Of a stretch of DNA of 54,721 bases, positions 1 through 9,017 are shown piece by piece. The position numbers were made by a program, and so were the translations under genes. Location: IMG/VR virus record IMGVR_UViG_3300046010_002013, positions 1 to 54,721 of that record; one strand, written 5' to 3'. Every line of letters begins with the position of its first letter. The first letter of the stretch is position 1. Source of the DNA: a virus. Taxonomy: Duplodnaviria > Caudoviricetes. A model generated the notes under the pieces. The model was not told the DNA's origin and made no database searches. It was given only the letters and a program-made list of their open reading frames with translations.

Positions 1-127
1 CTAGTGCAAATTTAGCTGCTGCGTTAACGGATGAAACTGGAAGTGGTGCTGCAGTTTTTGCTACCTCCCCCACTCTTGTAACTCCCGTGCTTGGCACACC
101 TTCTAGCGGTACGCTGTCATCTTGTAC
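1..127. repeat. Terminal direct repeat, copy 1 (circular assembly overlap)
   Basis: Identical to 54595-54721, and an ORF reads in frame across the junction. Confidence 0.97.
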
Positions 128-479
128 GGTTGACGGGACAAATGGCGTTGGGTATATCAATATCCCTCAAAATAGCCAGTCTGCCGCCTATACACTTGTT
201 GCTGCGGATGCGGGAAAACATATCTTCCACCCTTCAACTGACGCTAATGCACGGACATTTACTATTCCTGCAAATGGTTCAGTGGCGTACCCAATCGGTA
301 CAGCAATTTCGTTTGTTAACATGACTTCTCAAGTGGTAAGTATCGCAATCACAACAGACACAATGTATTTAGCTGGTACAGGCACAACAGGTACACGCTC
401 ATTAGCGCAATACGGCACAGCGACGGCACTTAAAATGACATCGACAACTTGGATTATTTCTGGTGCGGGGTTGACCTAA
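1..479 (+). CDS. 3' part of a tail fibre-like protein starting at 54228 (281 aa in the circular genome)
   Basis: Same frame as the ORF at 54228; Thr/Gly/Ser-rich, ends ...TTWIISGAGLT, a typical fibre C-terminus. Confidence 0.75.
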   Translation, partial: SANLAAALTDETGSGAAVFATSPTLVTPVLGTPSSGTLSSCTVDGTNGVGYINIPQNSQSAAYTLVAADAGKHIFHPSTDANARTFTIPANGSVAYPIGTAISFVNMTSQVVSIAITTDTMYLAGTGTTGTRSLAQYGTATALKMTSTTWIISGAGLT

Positions 480-1129
480 TGAGTGGGATTCAACAAATGT
501 TAACGGGCGGGACTTATAAACCGGCAGTGCCAACTGTTATTGGTGAGGCATGGGGCGGCGGGTATTATGCAGGTAAAATAGCTGTGGGGGGAGGCGGAGT
601 TGCTACACATTATTTGATTGTCGCGCCTAAAGCATCTGGCGAAAATTCAAGTATCACATGGGGTGTTATCGGAGTGACAACGGGAATAACGTCTGTCATT
701 AATGGACCAACAAACTCTGCGTCATTAGCTGCGCTCGGTGCTGCATATGAAGCAGCTAGATTCTGTGAAAACTTAACAATAGGGGGTTATAGCGATTGGT
801 ATCTACCTGCTAAAAACGAGCTAGAAGTGCTGTATTATTTCTTAAAACCGACTACTGACGCTAACGCTACTTCATCGGGTTCAAATGCTAATGCGGTATC
901 ACCAGAGCCTATTAGCACAAACTACACAAGTGGTTCACCAGCTCAAACAAGCGCGGGTATTGGCTTTAGAACTGGGGAAACAAATGCGTTTGCCACTGGC
1001 TACTATTGGTCTTCGACTGAGGGCGTTGCTAACGCCGCATGGATAGATGACGTCGGCAGTGGAAATCAGATCTACGGCAATAAGGGCAGTAGTAACTACG
1101 TCAGAGCTGTTCGGAGAATCGCTGTGTAA
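479..1129 (+). CDS. DUF1566/C-type lectin-fold receptor-binding protein, DGR-target-like
   Basis: Motifs GYSDWYLPAKNEL and YYWSSTE...AW...K....VRAVRR. ATG at 479 overlaps the upstream TAA. Confidence 0.8.
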   Translation: MSGIQQMLTGGTYKPAVPTVIGEAWGGGYYAGKIAVGGGGVATHYLIVAPKASGENSSITWGVIGVTTGITSVINGPTNSASLAALGAAYEAARFCENLTIGGYSDWYLPAKNELEVLYYFLKPTTDANATSSGSNANAVSPEPISTNYTSGSPAQTSAGIGFRTGETNAFATGYYWSSTEGVANAAWIDDVGSGNQIYGNKGSSNYVRAVRRIAV

Positions 1130-1135
1130 ACAGCG
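1120..1135 (+). other. Hairpin CGCTGT-GTAA-ACAGCG at the 3' end of the putative variable region
   Basis: Perfect 6-bp stem with a GTAA loop, in the position of DGR target-recognition hairpins. Confidence 0.5.
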
Positions 1136-1155
1136 TTAATTAAATAGGAATAATA

Positions 1156-1569
1156 ATGCACATACAACTAACAAACATCGACGCAGACACGGGTATTCTT
1201 TGCACAGAAGCACCAATGCGTACAGGACCGGCACTCCCAAATGTAAAGGGATTTCAGTTTATTTTTCAAAACGAATCTGACTTTCCCATCGCGTCGAATG
1301 CTGATGGTTCACTAAGCACAGCACCACTGCTGTATGGAACGTGTGATGATGACGCAGATACAAGCCTTGTTGGCGTTTTAAAAGTGCTTTCAGAAGTTGA
1401 GTTTAATGCAGACAAACAAGCAGAACATCAAGCAAGAAAACCTTATCCTTCTTGGGTAGGTGACTTAGCTACTATGAGTTGGAATCCTCCAGTGCCTTAT
1501 CCGCAAGATGATAAACAATACTATTGGGACGAGCTAACAATTAACTGGGTTGAGGTGATAAATGAATAA
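1156..1569 (+). CDS. Hypothetical tail fibre-associated protein
   Basis: PYPSW...WNPPVPYPQD...YYWDE C-terminus, common next to phage fibre genes. Confidence 0.6.
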   Translation: MHIQLTNIDADTGILCTEAPMRTGPALPNVKGFQFIFQNESDFPIASNADGSLSTAPLLYGTCDDDADTSLVGVLKVLSEVEFNADKQAEHQARKPYPSWVGDLATMSWNPPVPYPQDDKQYYWDELTINWVEVINE

Positions 1570-1753
1570 AATACTTAAAGCGTGGAACTATTTAATGGCT
1601 CGATTAAAAGAGCCTTCTACCTACGCAAGTGTGGCAGCATTAGCTACGATGGCGGGTGTGAATATTGACGCAACGCCTGTTGTGCATGACAGCTTAACTG
1701 CCGCTAGTGTCGTGTTTGGTATGATTGGACTGTTTGCATCAGAAGGTAAATAA
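1562..1753 (+). CDS. Putative holin
   Basis: 63 aa, RLKEPSTY motif, two hydrophobic segments, directly upstream of the endolysin. Confidence 0.65.
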   Translation: MNKILKAWNYLMARLKEPSTYASVAALATMAGVNIDATPVVHDSLTAASVVFGMIGLFASEGK

Positions 1754-1754
1754 T

Positions 1755-2108
1755 ATGAGCAATTACTTCAAACCAGAAGAATTTGAGTGTCACTGCGGAT
1801 GTAGCGAAAAAGACGTTAATCCTAAGCTCGTAGAGCTACTTAATCGCATCCGTGAGTCGTTTGGCAAGCCTATTACTATTATGAGCGGTAGAAGATGTGA
1901 AGCACACAACACAAAAGTGGGAGGTGCAAAGCATAGCCAACACGTTTTAGGTAACGCAGCCGACATTAAAGTAAAAGACGTACCGCCCAAAGAAGTGCAA
2001 GAATACCTCATGAAACATTTTGACAGTGATTGCCGAGGTCTTGGACGCTACAATTCTTTTACCCATATTGATGTTCGTGATGGTAAAATCGCACGCTGGA
2101 ATGGATAA
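1755..2108 (+). CDS. Endolysin, peptidase M15A family
   Basis: YFKPEEFECHCG, SGRRC..HN..VGGA..SQH..GNAADI and FTHIDVR zinc-peptidase motifs. Confidence 0.9.
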   Translation: MSNYFKPEEFECHCGCSEKDVNPKLVELLNRIRESFGKPITIMSGRRCEAHNTKVGGAKHSQHVLGNAADIKVKDVPPKEVQEYLMKHFDSDCRGLGRYNSFTHIDVRDGKIARWNG

Positions 2109-2113
2109 CATTT

Positions 2114-2142
2114 TTGTTTTTACATTCATTTAAAAGTATAAT
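2114..2142 (+). promoter_or_regulatory. Sigma70-like promoter for the tail/ejection operon
   Basis: TTGTTT-17 nt-TATAAT in intergenic DNA. Confidence 0.55.
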
Positions 2143-2201
2143 TCAATAACACAGGTGCATGCTGAATCAGCGGCTAATACTACAAAATTTACGGAGTATT
2201 T

Positions 2202-2834
2202 ATGAGCTACAGCATGACCTACGACTCGTTGCTCGTAGACGTTAGACGTTACCTAGAGCGTGGTTTTACGCAAGAAAGCGATCAAATTGTCTACGATCAA
2301 CTTCCTCGACTCATCACAATGGGTGAGCGTCGTATTGCGCGTGAACTTAAAATTGAAGGTTTTATTCGCGCAGTCACAACACCGCTCGCGGCTGGTGTTA
2401 ATGTCTACATGAAGCCAGATAGATGGCGTGACACTGTTAGCATGACTGTTGACGGTACGCCTATTTTTGCGCGTGCTTATGAATACATCAGAAATTACTG
2501 GCCAGATCCTGCTGAAACTGGAACGCCAGCGTATTATGCCGACTACGATTATCAGCATTGGATAATTGCACCTACGCCCGCAACTTCGCAAACATTAGAA
2601 ATTTTATTCTATGAACAAGTGCGATTTCTTGGCGACGACTTTCAAACAAATTGGCTTACCGAGTATGCGCCAGACGTTCTTTTGTACGCCACACTGCTCG
2701 AAGCAACACCATTCCTCAAAAATGATGAGCGGGTGCAAGTTTGGCAAGGTATTTATGATCGAGCTGCTCAAGCACTTAATGGCGAAGATATCAAACGTAT
2801 CATGGATCGCACAGCGAACCGGAGTGAAGCATAA
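2202..2834 (+). CDS. Tail adaptor / tubular protein A-like
   Basis: GTPAYYA...IIAPTP and NWLTEYAPDVLLYATLLEA motifs; position in the virion module. Confidence 0.6.
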   Translation: MSYSMTYDSLLVDVRRYLERGFTQESDQIVYDQLPRLITMGERRIARELKIEGFIRAVTTPLAAGVNVYMKPDRWRDTVSMTVDGTPIFARAYEYIRNYWPDPAETGTPAYYADYDYQHWIIAPTPATSQTLEILFYEQVRFLGDDFQTNWLTEYAPDVLLYATLLEATPFLKNDERVQVWQGIYDRAAQALNGEDIKRIMDRTANRSEA

Positions 2835-4033
2835 TGACAACATATACCGACGTATTCGGTGGCGCAAACATTTATCCAAGTGAAATCAGCTACAGCGCGT
2901 TAACGCTTACGGCTGATGTTACGTTAAGCTGGCCAACTGAAACTTCTGCTAGTGACAACCTTGCTACACGAATTATCAACATTTCATCAGCAACCGCTGG
3001 ATTGAGCATATTTTTACCGGATGCTGCAAAAGCGGGAACAGGTGAAACTATACTTTTTAATAACGTTGGTGCGCAAACGATCACTGTAAAAAACGCTAAT
3101 GGGACGCAAATCGTCACTGTTACAAGCGGCACGCTCTGGCAGATTTATTTAACAGATAATAGTACAACCGCAGGTGCATGGGTATCATTGCAATATGGAG
3201 CTAGTCTTTCAATTGCAAATGCTTCTGCGCTCGCCGGAACTGGTATTGTTGCGGTTGGTCCTCTGCTTTCACAGTCTATTCCGATTACATCTTTCAGTGT
3301 TAATTACACTTCAGGCGTTGCAGACAGAGCTAAAATGTTTAATTGGACTGGTGCAGGCGGTACATTAAGTCTTCCAGATCCAACAGTGGTAGGTGATAAT
3401 TGGTTTATCTATTTGCGCAACTCTGGTACAGGTGCAATTCTTGCAGATGCTATCGGAACTACTTTGATTGACGGTTCAGCAAATCTTAGTTTTCAACCTG
3501 GTGAATCAGCAATCATTGCTTCAGACGGAGCAAATTGTTACACGATTGGTTTTGGCCAACCTGCTACTTTTGCTTTTGATTACACGGTTATCGCTGTAGG
3601 TGGTTCTGGAAATTACTCGTTGTCTGGTACAGAATTGAATCGAATTTCTTATCGTTTTACTGGCACGTTAACAGGAAATCGCACAATTATTGTTCCCGCC
3701 ACGGTTCAACAATACTGGGTTGACAACCAATGTACAGGTGCGTACACGTTCACTGTTAAAACTTCTGCTGGTTTAGGCGTGACCATTACGTCTGGAACAC
3801 GATCTATTCTTTATTGTGACGGTACAGACGTGGTTCGTGCTGATACGTTTACTATTTCGTATCCGATTGCAGTTTCACAAGGCGGTACAGGATCAACCAC
3901 TGCGGGTGGTGCTATTCTTAATCTTGGTGCGGGATCTGTTGGTGCTGCTTTATTTGGAGCAGTTACGCAAGCCGATGCGTATTCTATTTTAGGACCGGCT
4001 GCTGTTGGTTCAGTTAATGGTGGTACTTTCTAA
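2834..4033 (+). CDS. Tail structural/fibre protein
   Basis: Beta-rich, Thr/Gly-rich; VSQGGTG repeat; ends NGGTF. Confidence 0.6.
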   Translation: MTTYTDVFGGANIYPSEISYSALTLTADVTLSWPTETSASDNLATRIINISSATAGLSIFLPDAAKAGTGETILFNNVGAQTITVKNANGTQIVTVTSGTLWQIYLTDNSTTAGAWVSLQYGASLSIANASALAGTGIVAVGPLLSQSIPITSFSVNYTSGVADRAKMFNWTGAGGTLSLPDPTVVGDNWFIYLRNSGTGAILADAIGTTLIDGSANLSFQPGESAIIASDGANCYTIGFGQPATFAFDYTVIAVGGSGNYSLSGTELNRISYRFTGTLTGNRTIIVPATVQQYWVDNQCTGAYTFTVKTSAGLGVTITSGTRSILYCDGTDVVRADTFTISYPIAVSQGGTGSTTAGGAILNLGAGSVGAALFGAVTQADAYSILGPAAVGSVNGGTF

Positions 4034-6195
4034 TGCCAGAAAAAACAATTGTATTAAAATCAGATGCAGGCATTAAACGTGACGGCACGAAATTTGATGG
4101 TAATAATTATACGGACGGGCAATGGGTTCGCTGGCAACGTGGTCTTCCACGCAAAATTGGTGGTTATCGCGCAACGCAAAAATATTTAACTGAAATTAGT
4201 CGTGGTTTTAGTAACTTTACGCAAATGGATTACATTTATTGCCACAGCGGAAGTCGTAGCATGATTGAACGATTTACAATTGATTACACCGCTAACAGTT
4301 CAATTGTGTCTGATAGAACTCCTCAAGCCTTAGCATCAAGCGGCAATGTAATTTTAACAAGCGGTGCTGCTGGATCAGTTAATATGATCACGGTAGATGG
4401 CGTAAATATCATGTCGGCTCCTGTAGCTTACGCAACTAGTTTAACGGCAACCGCAACTGCTGTTGCTGCAAATATTAACGCATATACGTCTTCGCCAAAT
4501 TATTCAGCAGTCGGTATTGGTGCAACTATAGCTATTGTGTCTGCTGATACTGGATCATTTTCAAACGGTTATGTAGTCGTAGCAACCACAACAACGATAA
4601 CAACTACCACGCAAAATATGAATGATGGATCAAATGCACTAGAAGCAAATGATCTTAATATGTGGATGTTTGATTATCAATATGACAGTTCAACTAATCA
4701 AAATTATTTACTGGCGCATGTATCACCCAATTTGCAACGTATTGCTAATGATGAAGGCGGTCAAATATTCTTTGGTGAGGTTTTAGGCACAGGTATTTTA
4801 AAGTCTATCAATTTACCTCCCGATGCAAATTGCACGGGCGGTATTGTTTCGCTTCATCCTTATTTATTTTATTACGGTACTGACGGTATTATTGGATGGT
4901 CTGTTGCTGGTGAGCCTACAAATTTAACAGATTTTGGATCTGGTGCAGGTCTTGCGCGTGTGTGGGGTCAAAAGATTATCAAAGGATTACCACTTCGTGC
5001 CGGCAGTGGAACTGCTCCTGCTGGATTATTTTGGGCATACGACGCAGTTATTCGCGCTACGTTTACCGGTGGTGCGTCTGTGTTTCAATTTGACGTAGTA
5101 GCCACTGACACTTCTATTATTTCAGAAAACAGCGTGGTGGATTACGACGGTGTGTTTTTCTGGGCGGGTGTTGACCGTTTCTTAATGTTTAACGGTGTTG
5201 TGCGTGAAGTACCGAACACTTTAAATTTAAATTATTTCTTTGATGGTTTAAACAGACGACATAGATCAAAAGTATTTGCATTTAAAGTACCTCGTTACGG
5301 TGAAATTTGGTGGTGTTATCCTCGCGGTGATGCAACAGAATGTACGCACGCGGTTATTTATAACGTTCGTGAAAATACTTGGTATGACACTGCACTTCCT
5401 TCAAACGGACGTTCTGCGGGATCTTTTAACAACTCTTTCGCTGCGCCTATTTTAGCGGGCGGATTTGCCGGTCCGGAAGCTACCGGAGCAACAGGAACAA
5501 TAACGTTAACGGGCGGTTCATCTGGATCTATTGATACCGTTACAGTCGGTGGGGTTCAAATCATGTCTGGTGCTGTTCCTTACAGTACTAGCCTGCTCGT
5601 GACCGCAGAAAATGTTGCTAACAATATCAATAGTTACGGTTCAGATCCAGATTACGTTGCGACTGTAGAAGAAGTCGGCGGAAATCCAGTTATCACGTTA
5701 ACGGCTACGGTAGATGGGTCACGCGCAAATTATCTTGTCGTAGCAGTCACATCAACAACAATAACAGCAACCACTACGAATATGATAGGTGGCACAGATG
5801 ATTTTCGCGTCTGGATTCAAGAGCAAGGCGTTGATGAAATTGATGGAAATTTATTCAGTCCAATTCAATCGTATTTTGAAACAGCAGATTTGTCTGCGGT
5901 GGCGCAAGGTAACAACGAATTTATGCGTATTACGCGCATAGAACCAGATTTTGTGCAAAGTGGGAACATGACTGTTCAAGTAACAGGTAGATCTAATGCG
6001 CGTGCGCCAGAAGTCTACGGTACAACGTTTACTTTTCCAGCAACTGCGCAAGAATCTTGGCAACAGATTGTTATGCTTAAAGAGCAACGTCGTGAGCTTC
6101 GCGTCAGATTTGAGTCAAATGAAATTTATGGTGATTATCAAATGGGTCAAATCATTGGACATGTGTCAATGGGCGACAATACGGTAATATCATGA
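4033..6195 (+). CDS. Tail nozzle / tubular protein B-like (stabilisation protein)
   Basis: 720 aa; WVRWQRGLPRKIGG, EIWWCYP and RIEPDF motifs; podovirus gene order. Confidence 0.65.
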   Translation: MPEKTIVLKSDAGIKRDGTKFDGNNYTDGQWVRWQRGLPRKIGGYRATQKYLTEISRGFSNFTQMDYIYCHSGSRSMIERFTIDYTANSSIVSDRTPQALASSGNVILTSGAAGSVNMITVDGVNIMSAPVAYATSLTATATAVAANINAYTSSPNYSAVGIGATIAIVSADTGSFSNGYVVVATTTTITTTTQNMNDGSNALEANDLNMWMFDYQYDSSTNQNYLLAHVSPNLQRIANDEGGQIFFGEVLGTGILKSINLPPDANCTGGIVSLHPYLFYYGTDGIIGWSVAGEPTNLTDFGSGAGLARVWGQKIIKGLPLRAGSGTAPAGLFWAYDAVIRATFTGGASVFQFDVVATDTSIISENSVVDYDGVFFWAGVDRFLMFNGVVREVPNTLNLNYFFDGLNRRHRSKVFAFKVPRYGEIWWCYPRGDATECTHAVIYNVRENTWYDTALPSNGRSAGSFNNSFAAPILAGGFAGPEATGATGTITLTGGSSGSIDTVTVGGVQIMSGAVPYSTSLLVTAENVANNINSYGSDPDYVATVEEVGGNPVITLTATVDGSRANYLVVAVTSTTITATTTNMIGGTDDFRVWIQEQGVDEIDGNLFSPIQSYFETADLSAVAQGNNEFMRITRIEPDFVQSGNMTVQVTGRSNARAPEVYGTTFTFPATAQESWQQIVMLKEQRRELRVRFESNEIYGDYQMGQIIGHVSMGDNTVIS

Positions 6196-6425
6196 GTATC
6201 AGAGTCACACTTCCAACGCATCTTACACTTCGTGATTGGGCAGATCAGATTACATTGGACTTTGATCCATACGGTGCGTTTGGTCGTCTTGAAGATGAAA
6301 ATAACTGGCAGAACTGGGGTATGCAGTTTGTTAACAATTTAACGCTTAGAGAAAACTTTCCGATCCCATATCAGTTTGATGACTGGCGTGAGTGGGCAGA
6401 GCGTTTTTGTCAAACGGTAGAATAA
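6192..6425 (+). CDS. Hypothetical protein (Trp-rich)
   Basis: ATGA-coupled ORF within the operon. Confidence 0.65.
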   Translation: MSIRVTLPTHLTLRDWADQITLDFDPYGAFGRLEDENNWQNWGMQFVNNLTLRENFPIPYQFDDWREWAERFCQTVE

Positions 6426-6426
6426 T

Positions 6427-6873
6427 ATGAAATACATAGGATTTGAACTTGAAGATGAAGCAGAAGAATGGGCGCGTGAGCGTCTTGGACTCGAAAATCC
6501 ACCAGAGTTTTTCCGTGCATTTTCAGCAGTAAACAATCAAGGTGAATTTGTTTGCGTGGTTATTATGACTAATTTTACGTCGCGCAACATCGATTTAACT
6601 ATTGCAATTGACAACAAAAAAGTTAGACCGAGAGAAACGGTTGTAATGTTTAACGAGATATTTGGATTTATTTTTAACAAACTGCATGTTGCTCGCGTCA
6701 CAGGACTCCTGCGCGGAAAGAACACGCAAGCCAAACGGCTAAATGAACACTTTGGCTTTCAGCTTGAAGGCATCATGCGTAAATCGTTTGAAGATGACGA
6801 TGATTTACATATCTACGGATTTTTAAAAGAAGATTATTACAACCATAAGTGGTTTAGAGGGCAAACAAAATGA
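6427..6873 (+). CDS. GNAT-fold protein in the virion module
   Basis: N..A.RLNEHFGFQLEG.MRK GNAT signature, between the nozzle and internal proteins. Confidence 0.75.
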   Translation: MKYIGFELEDEAEEWARERLGLENPPEFFRAFSAVNNQGEFVCVVIMTNFTSRNIDLTIAIDNKKVRPRETVVMFNEIFGFIFNKLHVARVTGLLRGKNTQAKRLNEHFGFQLEGIMRKSFEDDDDLHIYGFLKEDYYNHKWFRGQTK

Positions 6874-9017
6874 GTGAAATTAGAAAAGTAGTTATGCAAT
6901 TGGTGGAAAATAACTTTCAATTTCATCAAGGTGTTGAGCAAATGGAACAGCAAGTAAAGCGTATGCCAATTGTTCCAGAAGAGCTTGATGAAGCAATTAA
7001 CATGCTTGAGTTTGTTCTTCAAAATCCAGAACAATATCCAGAAGTGCGTACCGCTGCAATCAAAGACGGTGCTATTGACGCTAATATGATTCCAGAACAA
7101 TACGACATGGTATTTGTCGTGTCATTACTTATTGCTTTATATGGATTGCAAGATCGCTTGAAAGTGAGAGGTTACGCTAGAGGTGGTTTAGCAGTTGCTG
7201 CTAGAAAACTTGAATTAGCAGGTCGTGGTGGTGATGATATGCTTGCGCACATTAATCATCGTGAAGCAGAAATGTTAAAACGCATGGGTGGCGAAGGATC
7301 TATCAACCCTACAACTGGACTAAGAGAATACAAAAGTATTTTAAAAATATTTGCGTCTATCCTGCCGATAGCTTTAATGGTTTTTGCTCCTGGGATTGGT
7401 ACTGCTGTGGGTGGTATGCTTTCTGGTGGATTGTTGACCGGTGCGGGTGCGGCTGCTTTAGGTGGCGGAGCTATTGGTGCATTGTCTGGCGGTATTACCG
7501 GTGGTTGGAAAGGTGCGTTGATGGGTGGTGCGGCAGGTGCATTAGGTGGTGGTCTTGGCGGTCAAGTAGGAAGCTCGGCAAGTAGCGCATTAGGTCTTGG
7601 ACTCGGTAAAACAGGTCAAGCAATGCTCGGTAGCGGTATTATCGGTGCGGGTGTTGGTGCGGCTGGTGCTGGAATATCTGGCGGAAATGTTCTTAAAGGT
7701 GCATTAGTTGGCGGTGGTGTAGGAGCGGCTGGCGGTGCTATTGGATCTATGGCTAGCGGTGTCGGTACAGACTCAGCAATCGGCTTAGGTATTAACCGAG
7801 GTGGTCAAGCGTTTGGTAATGCGTTGACAGCAGGTTACAGTCCAAAACAAGCGGCTATTTCCGGTGGTTTAGCTGGTGTTGCCGCTGGATTGCGATTTGA
7901 TCCAGCATCAGCCGGACAACAAAAACTAGACACAGTTAATGAAGGAAATAAACCTGTTAGCTTTGACATGGGCAAACAGTTAAACGCTTCTGACATTAGT
8001 TTAAAACCTTCTGATTCCGTCGTTGATAGTTTAAAACTAGGTAACATGGGAACTGCTGCGCCTGGTGGTGGTCAATATGTAACAGATCCAGCAACAGGTG
8101 CTGAAACATGGGTGCCAAATTCAGCAACCGCAGCTCCATCTTATGATCTTGGATTAAAAGGAAACGCATTTGGATCTAGCGTACCTAGTGGTGGCTACGG
8201 TTTGAACGCAGAAGGTTTTCCGTCTTTCACAGGTGATCAAACTAATTTAAATCCAGCAGTTCAAACTGCATTAAGTCCGCAAAGTGTTCTAGGTGAAGGT
8301 AATTCGATTGGTACTCAATATGTAAATGCTAGTAATGCGCCAAACGGACAGGGTGTTAATGTTTTAGGTGGTCAAACAGGAATAGCAAATTATGTAAATA
8401 ATCCAAATGGAATTTACGGTAATTCATCTCCAGCAGGTCAAGCTGATGCTGGAGCAGTTGCGCAAACACAGCAACAAGCACAAGGCGGCATTGATTGGGG
8501 TAAAGCAGCACTGCTTGGTGGTGGTGCGTTAGCTCTTACATCATTGATGTCTGCTCCAAAAGAAGCGCAATCTGCTGTTTCACAATTATCACCACAGCAA
8601 CAAGAATATTTTACAAAACCAAATGTACCTTGGGATTGGAATAAATTGCAAAATGATGCAAACAAAAACAATCAAAGTTTGTACGACTACATGGCGCAAA
8701 ATTGGAACAGAGTGTCTTCTGGAGCATATAATCAACCAGGTTATGCTGACGGCGGCGCGTTGGGTAATATTGCACGATTTGCTCGCGGTGCAGGTTCTGG
8801 TCGAGATGATACAATTGATGCAAAATTGTCAGACGGTGAATACGTCATTGACGCAGAAACTGTAGCTCTGCTGGGTGACGGATCTAACAAAGCAGGCGCA
8901 CAACGTCTTGATAAAATGCGCAGTGAAATTCGCGCACAAAAAGGTAAATCGTTAGCAAAAGGAAAAATAAGTCCAAACGCTAAATCCCCACTTGCCTACT
9001 TAAGAGGAGCAATGTAA
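6870..9017 (+). CDS. Internal virion / DNA ejection protein with a Gly-rich hydrophobic region
   Basis: GRGGDDMLAHI...INPTTGLREY motif, long Gly/Ala-rich segment, C-terminal DDTIDAKLSDGEYVI motif. Confidence 0.65.
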   Translation: MSEIRKVVMQLVENNFQFHQGVEQMEQQVKRMPIVPEELDEAINMLEFVLQNPEQYPEVRTAAIKDGAIDANMIPEQYDMVFVVSLLIALYGLQDRLKVRGYARGGLAVAARKLELAGRGGDDMLAHINHREAEMLKRMGGEGSINPTTGLREYKSILKIFASILPIALMVFAPGIGTAVGGMLSGGLLTGAGAAALGGGAIGALSGGITGGWKGALMGGAAGALGGGLGGQVGSSASSALGLGLGKTGQAMLGSGIIGAGVGAAGAGISGGNVLKGALVGGGVGAAGGAIGSMASGVGTDSAIGLGINRGGQAFGNALTAGYSPKQAAISGGLAGVAAGLRFDPASAGQQKLDTVNEGNKPVSFDMGKQLNASDISLKPSDSVVDSLKLGNMGTAAPGGGQYVTDPATGAETWVPNSATAAPSYDLGLKGNAFGSSVPSGGYGLNAEGFPSFTGDQTNLNPAVQTALSPQSVLGEGNSIGTQYVNASNAPNGQGVNVLGGQTGIANYVNNPNGIYGNSSPAGQADAGAVAQTQQQAQGGIDWGKAALLGGGALALTSLMSAPKEAQSAVSQLSPQQQEYFTKPNVPWDWNKLQNDANKNNQSLYDYMAQNWNRVSSGAYNQPGYADGGALGNIARFARGAGSGRDDTIDAKLSDGEYVIDAETVALLGDGSNKAGAQRLDKMRSEIRAQKGKSLAKGKISPNAKSPLAYLRGAM

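Noticed and set aside
6427-6873. GNAT protein as a DNA-modification acetyltransferase (PaMx11-like)
   Set aside because: It lies in the virion operon on the opposite strand, where podoviruses commonly carry a GNAT-fold gene.
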